Positions 1 through 4,344 of a stretch of 5,314 bases of DNA are shown piece by piece. Position 1 is the stretch's first letter; each line of letters begins with the position of its first letter. The position numbers and the translations under genes were made by a program. Under the pieces are notes generated by a model that ran no database searches, was not told where the DNA came from, and saw nothing but the letters and a program-made list of their open reading frames with translations. This DNA comes from Candidatus Iainarchaeum sp. (lineage in GTDB: Archaea; Iainarchaeota; Iainarchaeia; Iainarchaeales; CSSED10-239), in contig PWLL01000069.1 in NCBI GenBank assembly GCA_003559395.1, forward strand, positions 1-5,314. The letters are read 5' to 3'.

Positions 1-8
1 CGCGATCT

Positions 9-40
9 GTTTATAAATGTTTCGTATCCTATATTTAATA
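9..40 (+). promoter_or_regulatory. candidate archaeal TATA boxes for the 16S rRNA transcript (TTTATAAA 11-18; CTATATTT 29-36)
   Basis: Two TATA-like octamers lie about 85-110 nt upstream of the 16S processing stem. The second matches the C-TATAT motif also seen upstream of tRNA-Tyr, ORF 2083 and ORF 4345. TATA-like strings are common by chance in DNA this AT-rich. Confidence 0.3.
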
Positions 41-120
41 TTATTACTTTGTAAATTCATTTTATGAAGTGATAGTAAACTCGAATTATTTTATGAGGAT
101 TCAAGTTTCTTTGAATCTGA

Positions 121-149
121 TGTTAGGAGATAGCAGAAAATGACATAAT
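121..149 (+). other. 5' strand of the pre-16S rRNA processing stem
   Basis: TGTTAGGAGAT (121-131) is perfectly complementary to ATCTCCTAACA (1708-1718). TGACATAAT (141-149) is perfectly complementary to ATTATGTCA (1699-1707). The two helices are separated by a 9-nt bulge, AGCAGAAAA (132-140), on this strand only, and they bracket the mature 16S. Confidence 0.7.
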
Positions 150-183
150 ATTAAGATTAATTGTGTGCATTTATGAAGAACCA

Positions 184-1678
184 ATTCCAGCTGATCCTGC
201 TGGTGGGTACTGCTATTGGAATCTGACTAAGACATGCAAGTCTGAAAGCTTCAACTATGAGGAGTTTTGGCAGACGGCTCAGTAACGCGTGGTCAACCTA
301 CCTTTTTGACAAGTTAAACTTGGGAAACTGAGTATAATGCTTGATAGGTAAACAAATCTGGAATGATTGTTTACTCAAAGGTCTTACATTCATGTTTGTA
401 AGATGCAAAAAGATGGGACTGCGTCAGATTAGGTTGTTGGTAGGGTAATTGCTTACCAAGCCAAAGATCTGTACGGGTCTTGAAAGAGAGCGCCCGGAGA
501 AGGGAACTGAGATAATGTCCCTAGCCCTACGGGGTGCAGCAGTTACGAAACTTTTACAATGCGGGAAACCGTGATAAAGAAATTCCAAGTGCCTGCAAAA
601 ACAGGCTTTTGTATAGTGTAAACAGCTATGCGAATAAGGGGAGGGCAATATACGTGCCAGCCGCCGCGGTAATACGTAATCCCCAAGTGGTATCCAGCTT
701 TATTTGGCTTAAAGCGTGTGTAGCTGGTTTATTAAGTCTTTTGTGAAAGCAGTATGCTTAACATATTGAATTGCAAAAGATACTGGTAGGCTAGAGATAG
801 GAAGACGTTGAGGGTATTCTTGGAGTAGGAGTAGAATCTTAAGATACCAAGAAGACCATCTGTGGCGAAGGCGCTCAACGAGGACTAATCTGACAGTGAG
901 ACACGAAAGCTGGGGGCGCAACCCGGATTAGATACCCGGTTAGTCCCAGCCGTAAACGATGCGGATTAGGTGTTGGGATAACCACGAGTTATTTCAGGGC
1001 CGAAGAGAAATCATTAAATCCGCCGCCTGGGAAGTACTGTCGCAAGACTGAAACTTAATGGAATTGGCGGGGGTGCACTACAAGGGGTGGATGCTGCGGT
1101 TTAATTGGATGAAACGCCAGAGAATCTTACCAGAATAGACAGCAAGATGATGGTCAGTCTGAAGGGCTTACCTGATGCGCTGAGAGGTGCTGTATGGTCA
1201 TCGCCAGCTCGTACTGCGAAGCTTCCTGTTAACTCAGGTAACGGGCGAGACCCACATTATTAGTTGCTATCTTGTTTCTTAGAAACAGGAGCACTCTAAT
1301 AAGACTGCATTGGTAACAATGAGGAAGGAGTGGGCGACGGTAGATCTGTATAGCCCGATCGTTCTGGGCAACACGCGGCATACAATGGTTAAGACAAAGA
1401 GTATCTAACCTGAGAAGGGGTGGTAATCTCAAAAACTTAACCCAAGTTCGGATTGTGGGTTGCAACTCACCCACATGAAGATGGAATCCCCAGTAATCGC
1501 ATGTCATTATCATGCGGTGAATATGTCCCTGCGCCTTGCACACACCGCCCATCAAGCCAGTTGAGTAAAGTGTGGATGAATTTTAGTTTACTAAAGGCTA
1601 AAATTATTCTATATTTTGCGAGACGGACTAAGTTGTAACAAGGTGTCCGTAGGGGAACCTGCGGACGGATCACCTCCT
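184..1678 (+). rRNA. rrs: 16S (small-subunit) ribosomal RNA, archaeal, complete (about 1495 nt)
   Basis: Conserved SSU blocks were read directly. They are ATTCCAGCTGATCCTGCTGG (184-), GTGCCAGCCGCCGCGGTAATAC (654-675), GGATTAGATACCC (925-937), AAACTTAATGGAATTGGCGGGGG (1051-1073, archaeal type), GCACACACCGCCCATCAAG (1538-1556), AAGTTGTAACAAGG (1630-1643) and GGATCACCTCCT (1667-1678). Differences in helix 1 (CCAGC/GCTGG versus the usual CCGGU/GCCGG) and in h45 are compensatory, so the gene looks functional. All six track ORFs inside 424-1673 are artefacts of the rRNA. Confidence 0.97.
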
Positions 1679-1698
1679 AAATTTAACGATTGTCTAAA

Positions 1699-1718
1699 AT
1701 TATGTCAATCTCCTAACA
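1699..1718 (+). other. 3' strand of the pre-16S rRNA processing stem
   Basis: ATTATGTCA-ATCTCCTAACA is a continuous 20-nt complement of 141-149 plus 121-131. Confidence 0.7.
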
Positions 1719-1729
1719 CTATTTGAGTC

Positions 1730-1738
1730 TTTTTTTTT
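1730..1738 (+). terminator. oligo-T tract (T9) between the 16S and tRNA-Ala, a candidate archaeal terminator
   Basis: Nine consecutive T residues lie directly after the 3' strand of the processing stem. Archaeal RNA polymerase terminates at oligo-T runs. Confidence 0.5.
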
Positions 1739-1786
1739 ATAACCCTATTATTTTTTAAATAGTTATGACTATATAATATTTATAGA

Positions 1787-1859
1787 GGGCTCTTGGCTCA
1801 GTTGGTAGAGCGCTTCCCTTGCAAGGAAGAGGTCGCGAGTTCGAATCTCGCAGAGTCCA
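1787..1859 (+). tRNA. tRNA-Ala (anticodon UGC), 73 nt, no encoded CCA
   Basis: It folds as a cloverleaf by hand: GGGCTCT/AGAGTCC acceptor with the G3:U70 alanine identity pair, GCTC/GAGC D stem, CTTCC/GGAAG anticodon stem, CTTGCAA loop, GCGAG/CTCGC T stem, TTCGAAT T loop and discriminator A. Confidence 0.97.
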
Positions 1860-1860
1860 C

Positions 1861-1865
1861 TTTTT
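1861..1865 (+). terminator. oligo-T (T5, followed by CTATTTT) after tRNA-Ala(UGC)
   Basis: The T run starts 2 nt after the tRNA discriminator base. Confidence 0.45.
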
Positions 1866-2068
1866 CTATTTTAAATTGTGTTTATATTTTTTTATTTAAC
1901 ACGCGTTGTTTGATTTGTTGGACGAGTTATTTATTTTTTTTCCAAAAATATTTTTCATATTAAATTAAAATAAAATCTATTAAAAAATTTTAAAAAAAGA
2001 TTGATTTTCAAAGATACATATATTTATAAACAATAACAATCACTATATATATAAATCTTTTAAAAAAA

Positions 2069-2074
2069 AGGAGG
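2069..2074 (+). promoter_or_regulatory. Shine-Dalgarno site AGGAGG for ORF 2083
   Basis: It is a perfect complement to the 3' end of the 16S in this window (..GGATCACCTCCT) and lies 8 nt upstream of the ATG at 2083. Confidence 0.6.
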
Positions 2075-2082
2075 AAAAAACA

Positions 2083-2532
2083 ATGTTAGATATATTAATG
2101 AATATACCACAAAACATGGATGCTCTTGGAGCAGCAGGTATATTAGGTTCTTTATTTGCAATGTTTGCAGGTGCTTTTATTGCAGCTCTTGTTGTGATGA
2201 TTGGACTTTACGTATATTACGCTTTAGTTTTCCAAACTATTGCAAAAAAACTAAAATTTGATAAGCCATGGTTAGCATGGATACCAATAGCAAATCTTTT
2301 CTTAATTCCAATTTTAGCTAAAAAACACTGGGCATGGGGATTTATATTTTTAGTTCCTATTGTCAATGCTGTTTTTTACTTTATATGGATGTGGAAAATA
2401 TTTGAGCTTAGAAAATATCCTGGCTGGTTATGTTTAACACCTTTGTTAACAATTATACCATTGATCGGTGTAGTATTTTCTATAGGTTATCTAGTCTTAC
2501 TAGGATTAGTTGCATGGAAAGATTTAAAATAA
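2083..2532 (+). CDS. small polytopic membrane protein (149 aa, about 4 TM segments), hypothetical; resembles DUF5684-type small membrane proteins
   Basis: The ORF is long for DNA this AT-rich and has a strong SD. Hydrophobic segments are separated by short K/W-rich loops, with an internal repeat AWIPIANLF / FLVPIVNAVF. The family assignment is from memory of the (A/W)IPxxN motif pattern and is not a search result. Confidence 0.85.
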   Translation: MLDILMNIPQNMDALGAAGILGSLFAMFAGAFIAALVVMIGLYVYYALVFQTIAKKLKFDKPWLAWIPIANLFLIPILAKKHWAWGFIFLVPIVNAVFYFIWMWKIFELRKYPGWLCLTPLLTIIPLIGVVFSIGYLVLLGLVAWKDLK

Positions 2533-2539
2533 ATCTTTC

Positions 2540-2554
2540 TTTTTTTCTTTTTTT
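2540..2554 (+). terminator. two T7 runs (2540-2546, 2548-2554) after ORF 2083
   Basis: TTTTTTTCTTTTTTT begins 8 nt after the TAA stop. Confidence 0.55.
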
Positions 2555-2561
2555 AAATATA

Positions 2562-2635
2562 GGGCTCTTAGCTTAGTTCGGTAAAGCGCTTGGTTGGCAA
2601 TCAAGAGATCGTGAGTTCAAATCTCGCAGAGTCCA
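2562..2635 (+). tRNA. tRNA-Ala (anticodon GGC), 74 nt, no encoded CCA
   Basis: It has the GGGCTCT/AGAGTCC acceptor with G3:U70, a GCTT/AAGC D stem, a CTTGG/TCAAG anticodon stem, the loop TTGGCAA, a GTGAG/CTCGC T stem, the T loop TTCAAAT and discriminator A. Confidence 0.95.
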
Positions 2636-2651
2636 GAGAAACGTGATATTT

Positions 2652-3362
2652 ATGATTAATCTAAAAAACATATTTTTGTACCCTTTTATAAACATAAAAT
2701 ATTTAATGTTTTTTATGTTATTTTCTTTTTTACCTTTATTATATATGGATTTAGTTTTTCCAGCTTTAATCGTAATTATTTTTCTAACACCTGCCATTAT
2801 TGGTTACAAATTAATAAACAAAAAACTAACAACTTACAAAAAAGACTGTAAGAAAATAACCAACTTTTTTTTAATATCTGCAATAACAACCATCATTTAT
2901 TCTGTTATTCAAGTTATTGTTTTTGTTATTTCTGTTATTATTTTTTATTTGTTTTTTTTATCAATAATTGATTTTATGTTTTTAGAAGATTTTATTATTA
3001 GTCCTTGGGTAATTGCAGGCTTAATTGCTTTATTTATTATTACTTTTATAATAATCTTTTTTGTAGAAATATTAAAAACATTTGGACTTGTAAGATATTT
3101 TAAAACACAAAAATTTAATAAGATCTTTGATATAAAAACACACACAAAACAGATCTTTTCTTCAAACTTTTTTATAGGTTTTTTATATTTTTTAGGATAT
3201 CTGTTAATATATTTGTTGATTGCAACAACTCTAAGCTTTATTATTATTGTTTTCTTTGAATTGTTTGCTGAAAGATTAATTGTTTTTTTATTTTTGTTTT
3301 TAGTATATGTTATATATGCAGGAATAATAAATGTTTGTTATAGAACCATAATTGCAAAATAA
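2652..3362 (+). CDS. polytopic membrane protein (about 236 aa, 5-6 TM segments), hypothetical; possibly DUF4013-like
   Basis: A 720-nt open frame in DNA this AT-rich is unlikely by chance. The product is strongly F/I/L-rich with short K-rich loops. The track ORF opens at GTG 2643, and the first ATG is 2652. Alternative starts are ATG 2706 and ATG 2715, and ATG 2715 lies about 27-30 nt after TTTATAAA (2685-2692). The N-terminal LYPF...P..IGY pattern recalls DUF4013 proteins from memory only. No SD is visible. Confidence 0.72.
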   Translation: MINLKNIFLYPFINIKYLMFFMLFSFLPLLYMDLVFPALIVIIFLTPAIIGYKLINKKLTTYKKDCKKITNFFLISAITTIIYSVIQVIVFVISVIIFYLFFLSIIDFMFLEDFIISPWVIAGLIALFIITFIIIFFVEILKTFGLVRYFKTQKFNKIFDIKTHTKQIFSSNFFIGFLYFLGYLLIYLLIATTLSFIIIVFFELFAERLIVFLFLFLVYVIYAGIINVCYRTIIAK

Positions 3363-3367
3363 TTTAG

Positions 3368-3388
3368 TTTATATATTTTTCTATACTT
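3368..3388 (+). promoter_or_regulatory. candidate TATA boxes for the RNase P RNA gene (TTTATATA 3368-3375; CTATACTT 3381-3388)
   Basis: CTATACTT lies about 27 nt upstream of the first base that can pair in P1 (3408-3410). The T5 run at 3376-3380 may also terminate ORF 2652. Confidence 0.3.
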
Positions 3389-3409
3389 AGATATTTTAAT
3401 GAAGAGATT

Positions 3410-3660
3410 GAAAAGTAGTTAGTGTTTAGCACGAAAGTTTTTTAAAAACTTTTGAGGAAAGTCCACCCACCAACTTTCATCAACATGATGCTTCTGTACA
3501 GAAACAACACGGCTATAAAACAAAAGCAAATGATTTGCAAAAATGATGTGTTTTATAGAATCGCTGAAAGAACAGAAGTCTGGTGCAAGAGATATTTTTC
3601 TCGCTTAGATAAATTGCTATTAACTACAGAAGGTGGCTTATGGCTAACTACTTTCTTTTC
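3410..3660 (+). ncRNA. rnpB: RNase P RNA, archaeal, reduced (about 250 nt), type-M-like C-domain
   Basis: The universal CR-I block GAGGAAAGTCC (3454-3464) and the CR-V block ACAGAAGGTGGCTTA (3626-3640) are present. P4 pairs AAG-U-CCACC (3459-3467) with GGTGGCTT (3632-3639) and keeps the conserved bulged U (3462). P1 is 3412-3422/3644-3654, P2 is 3424-3431/3615-3624, P3 is the hairpin 3432-3454, P5 is CACCA/TGGTG (3468-3472/3581-3585) followed by the conserved GCAAG, P7 is 3474-3478/3566-3570, and small P8 and P9 hairpins lie at 3478-3490 and 3492-3503. A 10-bp P10-12 stem pairs CTATAAAACA with TGTTTTATAG (3513-3522/3549-3558) and is capped by a hairpin at 3526-3538. A short P15 hairpin lies at 3589-3602. 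Confidence 0.9.
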
Positions 3661-3668
3661 AAAAAAAA

Positions 3669-3676
3669 AGGTGATC
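3669..3676 (+). promoter_or_regulatory. Shine-Dalgarno site AGGTGATC for ORF 3681
   Basis: It is an 8-nt perfect complement to the 16S 3' end (GGATCACCT) and lies 4 nt before ATG 3681. Confidence 0.65.
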
Positions 3677-3680
3677 TTAC

Positions 3681-4106
3681 ATGTCAGAAGAACAAATACA
3701 ATTTGTAGCAAACGTAGACAAATTCGTTTCTGTAAAAAAATTAAAAATAGAACCAAAAGTAACAAAAGAAGATATTGTTGAGTTTTTTGCAAGTATCCAG
3801 TTTAGTTGCAATCAAAAGATAGATGATTTTCTTGAAAAAATAGTAGATGTAGTAAAACTACAAGAACAAACAAATCAACTATTTGATTTAAAATTTAATG
3901 AATTTTATGAAGAAATCAATAAACCTAAAACCAAAAAGATAATAACAAGTCTTTTACCAAGCCATATAGAAAAAAAACAAAAAGATGCTTATGTAGAGGC
4001 AATAAGAGTTTATCTTTTAAATAAGTTTTGTGTGAAAAATAAAATCATCCTAAGCTATAACCAAGTTGTTTTTCCATCAAAGAAAAAGATAATGAAAAAG
4101 AAATAA
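3681..4106 (+). CDS. hypothetical protein (141 aa), K/E-rich, probably soluble and helical, with no family recognised
   Basis: This is the longest frame in the region, with an excellent SD and a C-terminal lysine tail. The overlapping track ORFs 3452-3781 (+) and 3553-3792 (-) are explained by the RNase P RNA instead. Confidence 0.8.
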   Translation: MSEEQIQFVANVDKFVSVKKLKIEPKVTKEDIVEFFASIQFSCNQKIDDFLEKIVDVVKLQEQTNQLFDLKFNEFYEEINKPKTKKIITSLLPSHIEKKQKDAYVEAIRVYLLNKFCVKNKIILSYNQVVFPSKKKIMKKK

Positions 4107-4128
4107 TATCTTTATAAAGGTTTATTTG

Positions 4129-4138
4129 CCTATATATT
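4129..4138 (+). promoter_or_regulatory. candidate TATA box (CCTATATATT) for tRNA-Tyr
   Basis: The C-TATATAT motif lies about 34 nt upstream of tRNA position 1, which would give a transcript leader of only a few nt. Confidence 0.4.
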
Positions 4139-4163
4139 ATATAAACAAAAATAAATTGTTTAT

Positions 4164-4264
4164 CCCTCCTTAGCATAGCGGCTAATGCGTCCGGCTGTAG
4201 ACAAAAGGCAACATCGCTTTTGGCGGTGACCGGAAGATCCCCAGTTCGAATCTGGGAGGAGGGA
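4164..4264 (+). tRNA. tRNA-Tyr (anticodon GUA) with a 28-nt intron at canonical position 37/38; mature length 73 nt, no encoded CCA
   Basis: It has a CCCTCCT/AGGAGGG acceptor with the C1:G72 pair typical of archaeal and eukaryal tRNA-Tyr, a GCAT/ATGC D stem, a TCCGG/CCGGA anticodon stem (4190-4194/4230-4234), the spliced loop CTGTAGA, the variable loop AGATC, a CCCAG/CTGGG T stem, the T loop TTCGAAT and discriminator A. Confidence 0.93.
4201..4228 (+). other. tRNA-Tyr intron with a canonical helix-bulge-helix-bulge-helix splice motif
   Basis: The outer helix pairs CAAAAG (4202-4207) with CTTTTG (4217-4222). The 5' bulge is AGA (4199-4201). The central 4-bp helix pairs CTGT (4195-4198) with GCGG (4223-4226), including two G:U pairs. 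The 3' bulge is TGA (4227-4229), followed by the anticodon stem. Cleavage after the second bulge nucleotide on each side gives an intron of 4201-4228. Confidence 0.85.
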
Positions 4265-4274
4265 ATTGATTCTA

Positions 4275-4288
4275 TTTTTCTGTTTTTT
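4275..4288 (+). terminator. oligo-T runs (T5 at 4275-4279, T6 at 4283-4288) after tRNA-Tyr
   Basis: TTTTTCTGTTTTTT starts 11 nt after the tRNA 3' end. Confidence 0.5.
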
Positions 4289-4344
4289 ATAAATCAATAA
4301 ACCTTTAAAAACAAACACTATATATATTTATGAGGGTTTTATAA

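Noticed and set aside
61-178. Recurring TTTATGA(A/G)G strings in the 16S leader (61-69, 90-98, 170-178), seen again at 4327-4335
   Set aside because: It is a 9-mer made almost entirely of A/T, which is expected to recur by chance, and no consistent spacing or pairing partner was found. The nearby 7-bp hairpin GATTCAA/TTGAATC (98-104/111-117) is noted only as a possible leader structure.
424-1673. Six track ORFs on both strands (424-648, 534-746, 709-921, 1229-1555, 1453-1638, 1467-1673)
   Set aside because: All lie entirely inside the 16S rRNA gene. The relatively GC-rich rRNA sequence simply lacks stop codons, and none has an SD or a plausible protein composition.
1901-1910. ACGCGT palindrome embedded in AACACGCGTTGTT
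   Set aside because: Only the 6-bp core is self-complementary and the flanks do not extend the pairing. It is too short to call a hairpin or an operator.
2573-3145. Minus-strand ORFs 2573-2797 and 2945-3145, plus 4305-4487 further downstream
   Set aside because: They are antisense to tRNA-Ala(GGC) and ORF 2652, and to ORF 4345. Their K/N/I-rich products are the mirror image of the F/I/L- or K-rich sense frames, and they are short with no start context.
3544-3570. C/D-box-like strings (AATGATGT ... CTGA) that could suggest a box C/D sRNA or a K-turn
   Set aside because: They lie inside the RNase P RNA. ATGATG sits in the P12 internal loop and CTGAAAG forms the P7 3' strand. The opposing strands lack the G:A/A:G arrangement needed for a K-turn, and there is no guide or terminal stem architecture.
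3452-3792. Track ORFs 3452-3781 (+, 109 aa) and 3553-3792 (-, 79 aa)
   Set aside because: The + ORF begins inside P3/P4 of the RNase P RNA and runs through the whole ribozyme into the start of ORF 3681 in another frame. The RNA fold and the conserved CR-I and CR-V blocks explain the region. The - ORF is antisense to both.
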